The position numbers and the translations under genes are program-made. From a virus (Duplodnaviria; Caudoviricetes), in IMG/VR virus record IMGVR_UViG_3300048044_000016, positions 1 to 58,163 of that record: a DNA stretch of 58,163 nt; one strand, written 5' to 3'. Below, piece by piece: positions 27,530 through 36,445 of this stretch. Within the stretch, counting starts at the first letter, position 1, and each line of letters starts with the position of its first letter. The notes beneath the pieces were generated by a model. It ran no database searches. It worked only from the letters and a program-made list of their open reading frames with translations, and had not been told where the DNA came from.

Positions 27530-29163
27530 CGGTCGGATTCCGTCCCGGCCTCCTTCTTCACTGACGCGTTCTTGCCGCTCTGTTGCGCGCCGGGCTTGAC
27601 CGGTTCTGATGCCCCTCCAGAACCGCCCATGGCAGGCTGTGGCATCGCCTTCTGAGCCGCAAGGACCGCCAGCGGCATCCATCCGGTGCCAGTCTTGACC
27701 ATCGGCACATCTCCGCCCTCCACATCGTCCAGACCGTCCCGCGCACGCAGTTCGTTGACCGTCCTCATCCCGTCTGCGAGGTGGGACGTGTCGATGGTTG
27801 CCTGGTCGGTTGCCGCCGTCTCCTCGTTGGTGTCGAATGCGTGGCCAATGTCATCCCATCCCCACCCGAGATAGATGAGCCGCTCCATGAGCGCAGACCA
27901 CCAAAGCATCTCTCCATTGAGGCCCTGAGCCCTCATCTGCTGAGAAAACTCTTCAGCATTCGCCTTGGGCTGTGGGTCTTTGATGTAGGGCTTCGGGTCA
28001 GTCCTGAATGCGCGGCAAGCGATGCGAGCCATCCACTCGTCATACTCCGACTTGAGCAGGTCGCCAGCCGAGCCCTTCATCTCGAAAGGCTTTCCCCCGC
28101 CAGGGATGAACCGCATCTTGGACTTGAGCTTTAGGTTCCCGCTCATCAGTGCGTCGAATGTTCCCTGCCAGAGCGCAATTTGCTCAGCGGTCCATTCCGG
28201 CGGGCAGCATACCATCACATCAGGACACGTTCCCTCGTTCCAGAAGTTCAGCATGTACATCGTCTTGCGGACCTGCTGAGTCGCCTCCATCAGGATCTGC
28301 TCAACCTCGGAATATCCGTAGATCGGCATCTGCGCCCACCGGTGCCGCGGCATGTAGACAATCTCACGCTCGGTAAAGTTGTCCATCGGGAGACCCTTGA
28401 CGATCTGGACGTAGGCCAGAGACGGCCAGTCAGGGATGCGTCCGCGGTCGTCGATCTTCGGCACGATGGTGTTGCCGTCGATAACTTCCAGCGCATAGGG
28501 CTTTGTGCCGGCTCGATTCTTCCAGATGTACACCGTGGCGGCGTCGATGGTGTAGCGCTCACGGAAGATCATCTCCATCCACTGTGGGTAGGGTATCTTC
28601 CTGTTTGGCATCTTGAAAAAGGCGTTGAGTTCTTTGATGCGCGGGTCTTCTTCCGATTTCACGCCCTTGGCCGGGGTCTTCAGAACGAACTTCCATGGCA
28701 GACTCACCAGCTCGTCGACGCGCGCGCTCAGTTCGTTGGCGATGATTCCCGAGCCCCGCACGAGGCCTCGCAGCATCTCTCCAAGGACGATGTGCCGGTT
28801 GACGATCTCGAGGTTGTAGCCGGTGGGGTAGTCCCACTCGCGGGCGTCCACGATCGACGGGGGTCCAAAGGGCGCTACAGGTTGATAAGGGCTGAAGCGG
28901 TTGCGCTCTTCGTCTACGTCGGGGATGAAGTCGGATGGCAGGAGGCGGTCATCAGGGCCAGGACGGTCGTTTTCAGGGTCCCGATTTGGCAGAGAAGGCC
29001 GAACGCTGCCGCGATTCCTTGCGCTCAAGAGTCCATACCGCGGATTCAGGAGCGTCATCGATCCGCCTGTGGCGTCCGGCATCTTCTGCAATGCCTTGTC
29101 GTTCAGCCGCTTGCCAAACACTGTATCGTCGTTGATCTCGGTCGGTTCATCCCACAAGGCCAT
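27490..29163 (-). CDS. Portal protein
   Basis: 557 aa; LEVIDG.TI, YVQ, YGYSEVE, E.MARI.C.AF, TVNELRA..GL..VEGGD motifs. Confidence 0.9.
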   Translation of the reverse strand: MALWDEPTEINDDTVFGKRLNDKALQKMPDATGGSMTLLNPRYGLLSARNRGSVRPSLPNRDPENDRPGPDDRLLPSDFIPDVDEERNRFSPYQPVAPFGPPSIVDAREWDYPTGYNLEIVNRHIVLGEMLRGLVRGSGIIANELSARVDELVSLPWKFVLKTPAKGVKSEEDPRIKELNAFFKMPNRKIPYPQWMEMIFRERYTIDAATVYIWKNRAGTKPYALEVIDGNTIVPKIDDRGRIPDWPSLAYVQIVKGLPMDNFTEREIVYMPRHRWAQMPIYGYSEVEQILMEATQQVRKTMYMLNFWNEGTCPDVMVCCPPEWTAEQIALWQGTFDALMSGNLKLKSKMRFIPGGGKPFEMKGSAGDLLKSEYDEWMARIACRAFRTDPKPYIKDPQPKANAEEFSQQMRAQGLNGEMLWWSALMERLIYLGWGWDDIGHAFDTNEETAATDQATIDTSHLADGMRTVNELRARDGLDDVEGGDVPMVKTGTGWMPLAVLAAQKAMPQPAMGGSGGASEPVKPGAQQSGKNASVKKEAGTESDRPLAKRGSHWSRY

Positions 29164-29189
29164 GGTGTGCGCTCCCGTGGTCTAGTGTA

Positions 29190-29411
29190 TCAACCGTGCC
29201 GCCAGGCTCTCATGATCTTCGACAGGATAGCCTCGGACTCGATTGGAGGAATGTGGAAGTAGTCCGTAAGCGTGAGGATGATTTTATCCGGGTGCTCAAA
29301 TTCCCGGCAGCATCGGGACACGTAGCTTGTCAATTCGCACTTGTATCTGAAGAACTCCAGGTCAGCATCGGCTAGCCGTACTTGTTCGATAAACTCATCA
29401 AGGGTGTTCAT
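29190..29411 (-). CDS. Small hypothetical protein
   Basis: 73 aa, GAGGAG RBS. Confidence 0.55.
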   Translation of the reverse strand: MNTLDEFIEQVRLADADLEFFRYKCELTSYVSRCCREFEHPDKIILTLTDYFHIPPIESEAILSKIMRAWRHG

Positions 29412-29417
29412 CGCTCC

Positions 29418-29819
29418 TCACTTTCCTTGGCACATCAGGCACTTGCAGCCCGGTGCGTGGGCTGCACGCGGCGCTCCATGCCAAACTCCAGCGGCAATCG
29501 CCAAATCAGGGAGGATCGCTTCGAGACGGCTGGGGCCGAAGACCTTTTTGGGTGTCCTGACGAGGGCGGTAACCGGCTTGAGCCGCTTCGGGCTGTCTCG
29601 CATTCCACCCATAGCCGTAATCTTGCCGTGAGGATGCGCGTCCATCTCCTTCTGGAATTCGGCAACGGCTTCAGGACTCATCGGCGGTGCCTGAATCACC
29701 GTCGGCTGCTTGAGGTATGCCCCCAGCGCTTCGATGATTGCTTGACTGCGGCTCTTACCTAAAGCATCGATAGCCGCCGCTTGCTCGTCAGGTATGCGGA
29801 TGTTGATGTGTACGCTCAT
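29418..29819 (-). CDS. Ribbon-helix-helix (CopG/Arc-like) DNA-binding protein
   Basis: MSVHINIRIPDEQAAAIDALGKSRSQAIIEAL N-terminus; C-terminal H..C.C..C. Confidence 0.7.
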   Translation of the reverse strand: MSVHINIRIPDEQAAAIDALGKSRSQAIIEALGAYLKQPTVIQAPPMSPEAVAEFQKEMDAHPHGKITAMGGMRDSPKRLKPVTALVRTPKKVFGPSRLEAILPDLAIAAGVWHGAPRAAHAPGCKCLMCQGK

Positions 29820-29989
29820 TTACGTTTCCTCATTTCAGCCGCCAGCCGGTTCACGTGCTCGCGCCGGTAGTCAATCGTTCCGTCGTCCTGCCAAAGCGTT
29901 CCAGCGATAGCCTTGGCCAGTTCGTGCGCCTGGGGCGAGTGGTCCCGCAGTTTGTCCAGCGTGCGCTCAATCATGCGGTGGAGTTTCAC
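29816..29989 (-). CDS. Small hypothetical protein (57 aa)
   Basis: GTG start after AGGAGG; ATGA-coupled to the RHH gene. Confidence 0.55.
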   Translation of the reverse strand: MKLHRMIERTLDKLRDHSPQAHELAKAIAGTLWQDDGTIDYRREHVNRLAAEMRKRK

Positions 29990-30004
29990 GGTGTCGGTTC
30001 CTCC

Positions 30005-30065
30005 TGTAGTACAAAACGACTGTACTACAGTAAAACACGGGGTTTCAATATAAATCTGTACTACA
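30005..30065 (-). promoter_or_regulatory. Promoter with three TGTAGTACA/TGTACTACA operator-like boxes
   Basis: Minus strand TTGAAA-N18-TACAGT; boxes at 30005, 30021 and 30057. Confidence 0.6.
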
Positions 30066-30068
30066 CCT

Positions 30069-31799
30069 TCAGGACGCCCAAGATGGCCTTGCGCAGTCAG
30101 GGTGCATCCGACGTATGCCCTCTTCGACCACGGTATCGCCAAGAGGCTTGCCGCAGTGATCACAGAGGTCTTGGGGCGCAAGGGCAGCCATGGCGCGGTT
30201 GTAGGCGGTCATGGCAGGTGCTTTGACGGGCGCGGTGACCGTAGGAGCAGGTCTGAAGCCGGCAGTCTTGGGGTTTGGGTCCTGATCTCCACCCGTTTGT
30301 ACAGCCGTGATGCCCTGGTAGTACTCCAGCAGCCCAGCGCCGTTCTTTGCAACTTTTGCAAATGCCAGCATGATTGCCTCAGCACGGTCCGGGCTCTTGA
30401 CGCCACGCTTCCGCATCGCCTCTTTGGACTCAATCTCCGTCTGTCCGCGGCTGTTTGGCTTCCACCGGATGGATGCAAGCTGGGAGATAGACGTTTCGTC
30501 TAAGAGTCCTGCCAGGTCGCCGATCTTTGCGCGCATCCGCAAGCCCCAGTACAACTCAGCCTTGAGGTTCACGAATTGCTCTTTGTCCGCCGGAGACTCG
30601 CCCACATTGACCGCATTCGACGGGAACCCCAAGTCCTGCAGGTGCTTGTGGAGGTAATAGCCGATGCCAGCCGAATCGACGTTGAGAGTCCCGATTCTGT
30701 CTCCATATTTCCGCAGCGCGCTCACCAGTTCTCCGCGGGGATCTGGATTGCCCCAGCCGATGATCTCAAGAATCTGGAATCCGCATCGGGCGCACATGAC
30801 CGTCTCATCTTCGCCAGGGCCCGCCACGTCGATGCCGATATCCACCTTGCCCTCGTATGTCCGCGTGTCCCGTTGCGCGCGCTCCAGCCAAGCCAGGGAC
30901 AGCAGGGCATCAGGACTCTGAGAGGGGAAGTCTCCCATCACGCGTGAATCCCAGCGGAAGTCTCCCGGCCCCCACTCCTCAAACCGTTCCTTGACCCACC
31001 GCCTGGTGGTAAGCCATGGCATTACGTTCTGGTCAAGCTCTTCTTCGGAAAGATCCATCAGGTCGCGTCCGTTGGGGTCACCGAGCGTTATGGTGATCGG
31101 AGCGCCCTCTGAGTCCTGAGCCTCATAGGAAAGCTTGATTCCTTCGAAGTTGGGCGTATCGAATGCGCTGATTGTGAATGGCTGGATGCTGGCCCGCTTG
31201 CTATGGAACTCGTCGTAGAATGCGCCGGATGAGATGGTGGGGTTGCCCAGCTTCAGGATGCGCACGTCGCCGCCGGCCCGAATGCCCTCAATCGCTTCGA
31301 TGATCTTCGGGTCAACGCCGGGGGCCTCGTCAATGATGATGAGCACGTGGTCGGCATGGAAGCCCTGAAACTTGACGCCCTCGTCCTGCTGCTGGACGGT
31401 CGTCGTGAAGCCGAGTGCATACCGCATCGGGTACTTGGTTTTATCAAACTCAAGTTTGGTGAGGTTTGCAGACGGGAAGGGATACTTGCTCTTGACGAGG
31501 GCCTTGTGGATTTCGCCCCACATCAGGACCTCAACCTGCTTTTTCGTCGGCGCCGTGGTCACCACGATAGCGTTCTCGTACCGGGCCAGCCACCAGAGCG
31601 TAATCTGCGCCGCGAGGAACGTCTTGCCGGAGGAGTGGCAAGCCTTGACGTTCACCTTCGCCTGGGGCTTGAGCAGCGCCTTGCAAATGTCCCGCTGCAC
31701 GCTCCACAGGTCAGAGCCGAGCCAGTGTAATACAAACTTGATCGGGTCCACGAGTGTACTACGGATTTTGGCCTTCTGTACTACAGTGAGCGGCTTCAT
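30069..31799 (-). CDS. terL: Terminase large subunit
   Basis: ACHSSGKT Walker A, VTTAPT, IIIDEA Walker B, LGNP, IGIDVA..G.D and SPDRAEA nuclease motifs. Confidence 0.95.
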   Translation of the reverse strand: MKPLTVVQKAKIRSTLVDPIKFVLHWLGSDLWSVQRDICKALLKPQAKVNVKACHSSGKTFLAAQITLWWLARYENAIVVTTAPTKKQVEVLMWGEIHKALVKSKYPFPSANLTKLEFDKTKYPMRYALGFTTTVQQQDEGVKFQGFHADHVLIIIDEAPGVDPKIIEAIEGIRAGGDVRILKLGNPTISSGAFYDEFHSKRASIQPFTISAFDTPNFEGIKLSYEAQDSEGAPITITLGDPNGRDLMDLSEEELDQNVMPWLTTRRWVKERFEEWGPGDFRWDSRVMGDFPSQSPDALLSLAWLERAQRDTRTYEGKVDIGIDVAGPGEDETVMCARCGFQILEIIGWGNPDPRGELVSALRKYGDRIGTLNVDSAGIGYYLHKHLQDLGFPSNAVNVGESPADKEQFVNLKAELYWGLRMRAKIGDLAGLLDETSISQLASIRWKPNSRGQTEIESKEAMRKRGVKSPDRAEAIMLAFAKVAKNGAGLLEYYQGITAVQTGGDQDPNPKTAGFRPAPTVTAPVKAPAMTAYNRAMAALAPQDLCDHCGKPLGDTVVEEGIRRMHPDCARPSWAS

Positions 31800-32227
31800 T
31801 CTCCCTTGAGGATACTATCGAGCACGCTCACCTGCACTGGATTGTCTTTGTCGCCTGCCAGAGTGGTGCGGTCGCCGTACTTCGCCTTGTTCGTACCCTT
31901 CAGCAGGAAGATGAGCAGCGTGTCGCTGTACTCCTGAACGTAGCCCACGCGCTTACCGCCTTGATAGACAGGCTTCTTTACTCCCTCGTAGGCCCGGCGC
32001 TTCGCCTCATCCTCAAGCACTGCCTCGCCCTCCACTTGGGCTTCATCCCACGCCTGCCGAAACTCCTCATCTTGGCGGCGCCACTCGTAAGCGCACGTCT
32101 TCGGGAGACGGCTCAACTTGCACGATTTACTGATGTTCCCTGTAGCCTTCAAAGCCTCAAGGAACTTCGCGCGCGTTTTAGGGAAACGTTTTGAGCGAGG
32201 TGGAGGGCCTTTTACGAGGTTTGCCAT
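31796..32227 (-). CDS. terS: Terminase small subunit
   Basis: FLEAL..TGNI..SC HTH, LEDEA.RRA.EG, YSDTLLIFLLK motif; ATGA overlap with TerL. Confidence 0.85.
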   Translation of the reverse strand: MANLVKGPPPRSKRFPKTRAKFLEALKATGNISKSCKLSRLPKTCAYEWRRQDEEFRQAWDEAQVEGEAVLEDEAKRRAYEGVKKPVYQGGKRVGYVQEYSDTLLIFLLKGTNKAKYGDRTTLAGDKDNPVQVSVLDSILKGE

Positions 32228-32234
32228 GAGTTTA

Positions 32235-32429
32235 TTAAACCTTTGTTTTCTTGAAGTCGCAGTGACATCTACATGCCCAACGCGGGTCAGGCCCCATGAA
32301 CACTTCCCACACGTCAATGAGCCAACGGCGTTGACACCGGCAAGAGCATGTCTTCCCGTCACATCGGTGATGGTTCACGTTCAGCGCGCGGATGTCTTCC
32401 ATAGTCAAAGGCTTTTGTAGTACAGCCAT
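32235..32429 (-). CDS. Small Cys-rich hypothetical protein
   Basis: 64 aa upstream of TerS. Confidence 0.45.
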   Translation of the reverse strand: MAVLQKPLTMEDIRALNVNHHRCDGKTCSCRCQRRWLIDVWEVFMGPDPRWACRCHCDFKKTKV

Positions 32430-32608
32430 GCTACGCCGCCCGCTTCGCCGGCAGGATCAGGACACGCGAGGAGAACGTGGTTATACGCTCCCCTTCACAC
32501 ACTGCCAAGTTCACCACGAGCTGTACTCGGGTCTTGGGGAGTGTCTTTTGGGTCCTGTCGGCCATTGGATTTACCACCATGACGAAATCTTACCACTATG
32601 ACAGGATT

Positions 32609-33843
32609 GTGAATTGCGGCCGATTAAAGAAGGCAGCTTCCGGTTTCAATGGCAACTGCGTTAGTTGAGGACTTGCGTCCCAACCTCCGTCTTACATTGC
32701 CTCCACCGGCAGTAGCGCCTATTCCTGACGCCAGTATCCGTAAACCTTCGTCTCGGATATTCTTTGCCGCGTTTATGTCGCGGTCGTGATGCGTGTTGCA
32801 AGATGGGCAGGTCCAAGAGCGTACATCTAACGGCATCTTTCCTGCATGGTTTCCGCACATAGAGCATATTTTGCTGGAAGGAAAGAACCGATCAACCTTT
32901 ACAAATGACTTCCCGGCACGCAACGCTTTATACTCTAAAAACGATATAAATGTTGCCCACCCTGCGTCCGAAACTGCTTTTGCAAGATTGCGGTTGGCCG
33001 TCATTCCCTTCACGTTTAAGTCTTCCGTAACAATGACTTGGTTCTCGTCTACTATCCTACGAGAGACTTTATGAAGGTAATCACAACGCTGGTTTGTGAT
33101 GCGTTCATGAACTCGTGCAACTTGAATACGTGCTTTGTTGCGTGAGCTAGAACCTTTCTTTTTGCGACTCAAATTCTGCTGTTTGCGCTTGAGATTCTTT
33201 TCAGAATTGGCAATGAAACGCGGATTATCGAACTTTGATCCATCGCTAGTGATTGCCAGATGTGTCAATCCTACGTCTACACCGATTGCTTTTCCATCGG
33301 TAGAAACAGGCATCATCGGAATTGAATCATCCGTCAGAATTGATGCGTAGTAGTGGCCACATGGGTTCTTGCTCACCGTGACCGTCTTGATTCTGCCCAC
33401 GATCTCACGATGGATTACAGCTTTAACTTTTCCGACCTTGGGAAGATAAACCTTACTTCCGTCTAACTTCACGCGCTGCGGATATTGAATCGACTGCTTG
33501 CCGTGCTTTGACTTGAAACGAGGATACCGCGCACGCCTCTCAAAGAAGTTCAAGAACGCTGCCGCCAGGTGACGGATAGAAGACTGGAGGGCTTGGGAAT
33601 CGGCATCTTTTAGCCATTCGTATTCCGATTTCAGGCCAGGCAAATAATTAGCCATCGCCACAAACGTCAGACCTCTGCCGGTTTCCTTGTATGCTTTCTG
33701 TGTTTCGCTTAACGCCCAATTCCACGCCCAACGCGCGCATCCAAACTGAAAAGACAGGAGATTCTCTTGTCCCACGGTTGGATAAAGGCGAATTTTGGTC
33801 GTGTTAAGCACTACATTTAATCTTAAGCATGAGAAGATTAAAT
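32609..33843 (-). mobile_element. IS200/IS605-family (IS1341-like) tnpB-only element
   Basis: tnpB without tnpA; left-end 12-bp inverted repeat (33813-33824/33834-33845) next to TTGAC; right end GAAGCTGCC..TTTAA..TTCAC. Confidence 0.8.
32624..33811 (-). CDS. tnpB: TnpB RNA-guided endonuclease
   Basis: KIRLYPT N-terminus, GVDVG, TEDL, CSMC/CPSC zinc finger, DRDINAAKNI; RuvC D-E-D intact. Confidence 0.95.
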   Translation of the reverse strand: MLNTTKIRLYPTVGQENLLSFQFGCARWAWNWALSETQKAYKETGRGLTFVAMANYLPGLKSEYEWLKDADSQALQSSIRHLAAAFLNFFERRARYPRFKSKHGKQSIQYPQRVKLDGSKVYLPKVGKVKAVIHREIVGRIKTVTVSKNPCGHYYASILTDDSIPMMPVSTDGKAIGVDVGLTHLAITSDGSKFDNPRFIANSEKNLKRKQQNLSRKKKGSSSRNKARIQVARVHERITNQRCDYLHKVSRRIVDENQVIVTEDLNVKGMTANRNLAKAVSDAGWATFISFLEYKALRAGKSFVKVDRFFPSSKICSMCGNHAGKMPLDVRSWTCPSCNTHHDRDINAAKNIRDEGLRILASGIGATAGGGNVRRRLGRKSSTNAVAIETGSCLL

Positions 33844-33854
33844 GTCAATGCTTT

Positions 33855-34361
33855 TCAGCGAGTCGCCTCGAAGAGAAACCACGCGCGCCGCTCCGCTTCG
33901 TCGATCCACACCTCAATCATCGCGGTTGACGCATAGTCGTCTGCCAGGGCGCAGACTGTATGGGCGCTCCGCAGTTGGGCGATAAGAGTCCTATTGTCGG
34001 CTAGAAGTTCCTTGAGCATCACCTCGGGTGCCGGGCCGGGCTCGTCTGAGTCCTGAATCCGCTGCAAACGGGCAATCTGGCCAATTGACCGGATCGTGGT
34101 GCCGCCGATCTTCCGCACCCGCTCCGCAATGTCGTCCGTGATGCCGTAGATTTGCGCGGCTTGCTCGTCGAGCATCAGGTGCCAGTCGCGGAAGTGAGGG
34201 CCGGTCATGTGCCAATGGAAGTTCTTTGTCTTCAAGTACAAAGCAAAGCAGTCGGCCAGCAGCGCGTTCAGCGACTCGGAGAGTTTATCAACGTTCGCAG
34301 GACTGAAACCGTCTGCAACGTCTGAGCCTTGATAATCTCCGGTGGAGAATGGGAAGTCCAT
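33855..34361 (-). CDS. dps: Dps DNA-protection mini-ferritin
   Basis: LYLKTKNFHWHMTGPHFRDWHLMLDEQ..DDIAERVR ferroxidase signature; start MDFPF after GAGG. Confidence 0.93.
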   Translation of the reverse strand: MDFPFSTGDYQGSDVADGFSPANVDKLSESLNALLADCFALYLKTKNFHWHMTGPHFRDWHLMLDEQAAQIYGITDDIAERVRKIGGTTIRSIGQIARLQRIQDSDEPGPAPEVMLKELLADNRTLIAQLRSAHTVCALADDYASTAMIEVWIDEAERRAWFLFEATR

Positions 34362-34410
34362 GGTGGTCACCTCGTGGACATTGTAGGCGTTTTGGGTCCT
34401 GATGCCCAAC

Positions 34411-34440
34411 AGAAAAGCCCCGGCTGGTTGGCTCGGGGCT
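34411..34440 (-). terminator. Terminator/attenuator hairpin upstream of dps
   Basis: AGCCCCG..CGGGGCT-TTTCT on the minus strand. Confidence 0.6.
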
Positions 34441-35006
34441 CTCTGGTGGATCACTTCTGTCTGCCGTTGATAGGTGTGGGGGTGTCGGTTACGCTTGCTG
34501 AGGGCGGAATGCGACGAGGAAGGGAGTTGCGCCACTTCTCCCCCACGTCTGTAATTCTACCACCAGATGTTGTGTCCTGAAGAACTTTATAACGCAACTG
34601 CGAAAAATAATTTGACGGGATGAGCGAAAGTGATCTATTCTGCAATCGCTGAGGGATTCAGGAATGTTATGAAAAAGACCCCGACAATTCGGCTTGCTCT
34701 TCTTCAATCGCATTCTTGCGCCTCGGCACGGGTTTCAGTGTAGAGCGCGAATGCTTTTGCTAACTTTTGGCGCATGACCTGGGGAGTGATCCCCATCCCG
34801 CGAAAACGCCGGATCCGGAACAACAGCTAGCTGCTGCCGGTTGGTTCTGTGTAGAGGTTTTCTGTCGATGGGGTAGCGATCATCTTCAGGACTCCAATAG
34901 AGCGCAACTCCTCTGGAATCAAACTTAATAAGCAGGTAAAGTTGCTCTTGAGCAAAAGTTATCTGCGTCCTGATGGGGTTGATAAGTTCTGATAGGGAGA
35001 GGCCCG

Positions 35007-35237
35007 ATGGTCAACAGTTTCAAGGAAATACGATGCACGGTATGTGGAGTCAAACCACACAAGAACCACGGAAAATGGACGAAAATCAACGGCTTGGCCT
35101 ACTGCGTTCGGTGCTCCGAGGAACACAGGCGGCGGTCAGTCCACGTACTTGGAATCATCTACACATCCACAATGCCAGCGCAGATCGTAGTGATTGCGCC
35201 GAAACCAAAGGAGGGGAAGTGCTCGCAGAATCAGTGA
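35007..35237 (+). CDS. Small zinc-finger protein
   Basis: CTVC..CVRC; GGGAGAGG RBS; TGATG coupling to the next gene. Confidence 0.55.
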   Translation: MVNSFKEIRCTVCGVKPHKNHGKWTKINGLAYCVRCSEEHRRRSVHVLGIIYTSTMPAQIVVIAPKPKEGKCSQNQ

Positions 35238-35677
35238 TGAACCAGAACGACGGCGACGTTACAAAATCCTACTACGCCACGATGAACACGAAAGGGCTAC
35301 CCGGCCAGCTTGCCGTGGCCCTCTTCCGCGCACAAAAACGCAGCATGGCTGCCAAACGGTATCGCGCTCGGAAGTTCACGCGCGGCGCCTACGATGTGAA
35401 GAACTGGAGCCTAGGAGAGGTTTGCCGCATCCTTTCGGCGATGACCGCGTTTAAATCAGGACTCCCATGGGGATGGAAGCGTGATCCAAACACGCCAGGG
35501 TACCAGTGGGTGCTTTACGTTGAATTGCCCACAGGTCAATGCTCGTTCCACTCACGGGATAGGCTTTCGGGTCCTGATTTTACTGGCAAGTGGGACGGTA
35601 AAGGTATGAGCGCGCCGCGGATATGCGCGTTTTGTGATTCGGTTTGGGAACCAGTTTATAAGGGGGAATCGAAGTGA
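35237..35677 (+). CDS. Hypothetical phage protein
   Basis: VLYVELPTGQCSFH..WDG motif; C-terminal part of the 234-aa ORF in the track. Confidence 0.65.
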   Translation: MNQNDGDVTKSYYATMNTKGLPGQLAVALFRAQKRSMAAKRYRARKFTRGAYDVKNWSLGEVCRILSAMTAFKSGLPWGWKRDPNTPGYQWVLYVELPTGQCSFHSRDRLSGPDFTGKWDGKGMSAPRICAFCDSVWEPVYKGESK

Positions 35678-36399
35678 ACGAACTTGCATTGAACATCAGG
35701 ACCATGAGCAGCCGGGAGATTGCCGACTTGCTTGAGTCACGTCACGACAAAGTGAAGCAGTCAATCGAGCGGCTGTCCGCAACGCAGTACCAGCCAGACG
35801 GCATCACCATCAAACGACTGCCGATTATCGATCTTCCCCCAATGGGGGAATACCTCGACTCGCTCAATCGTCCAGCTCACGAGTATCGACTCGACAAGCG
35901 GAGCAGCCTCATCGTAGTTGCTCAGTTGAGTCCTGAATTCACCGCGCGCGTGGTGGACCGCTGGCAGCAACTCGAAGCGGAGTTGCAGAAGCCGGCGCTT
36001 CCCGCAACCTACCTGGACGCGCTCAAAGAGCTGGTCGCGGCAGTGGAAAGCAAGCAGGCCCTCGAAGCGGAGAATGGGGTCCTGCGGCCCAAGGCTTTGA
36101 TCGTGGACCAGATCAACCACGCTGAAGGGCTTCACACCATGGCAGAGGCTGCGAAGATCCTCGGCACCGGCAGGACTCGGCTATTTCAATTCTTGCGCCA
36201 CGAGCACATCTTCGATTGCCACAACATGCCACTCCAGCAGTACATCCCCAATCGATTCGTAGTCAAAGAGCGGCCATTCATGCGGGGCGACGAACGCAGT
36301 GTCTATGCCCAGGTCTACGTGACCGGGCGCGGAATTGTCTGGCTTACTCCAAAGGTTGCCGGTTTGGGTCCTGATGGGCAAGGGGAGTTCTTCGAGTAA
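35674..36399 (+). CDS. Rha-family/antirepressor protein (Rha N-domain + KilAC-like C-domain)
   Basis: TMSSREIA..HDKV..IERL; LPATYLDALKEL; AKILG.GR.RLF.FLR; VTGRG..W. Confidence 0.88.
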   Translation: MNELALNIRTMSSREIADLLESRHDKVKQSIERLSATQYQPDGITIKRLPIIDLPPMGEYLDSLNRPAHEYRLDKRSSLIVVAQLSPEFTARVVDRWQQLEAELQKPALPATYLDALKELVAAVESKQALEAENGVLRPKALIVDQINHAEGLHTMAEAAKILGTGRTRLFQFLRHEHIFDCHNMPLQQYIPNRFVVKERPFMRGDERSVYAQVYVTGRGIVWLTPKVAGLGPDGQGEFFE

Positions 36400-36408
36400 A
36401 CTTTCCGC

Positions 36409-36438
36409 TTGACATTCTCATAACCGTTCGGTTACAGT
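36409..36438 (+). promoter_or_regulatory. Promoter with palindromic operator
   Basis: TTGACA-N18-TACAGT; TAACCG-TT-CGGTTA palindrome at 36421-36434; ATG 7 nt downstream. Confidence 0.65.
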
Positions 36439-36445
36439 TGTGGCC

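Noticed and set aside
27530-27682. ATG at 27682 as the MuF start
   Set aside because: Lies deep within the portal gene, no clear RBS and a non-protein-like N-terminus; the frameshift explanation fits better
32624-33811. TnpB as a domesticated nuclease-dead regulator or a Cas12f system
   Set aside because: RuvC D/E/D residues are intact, IS-like ends are present and there is no CRISPR array
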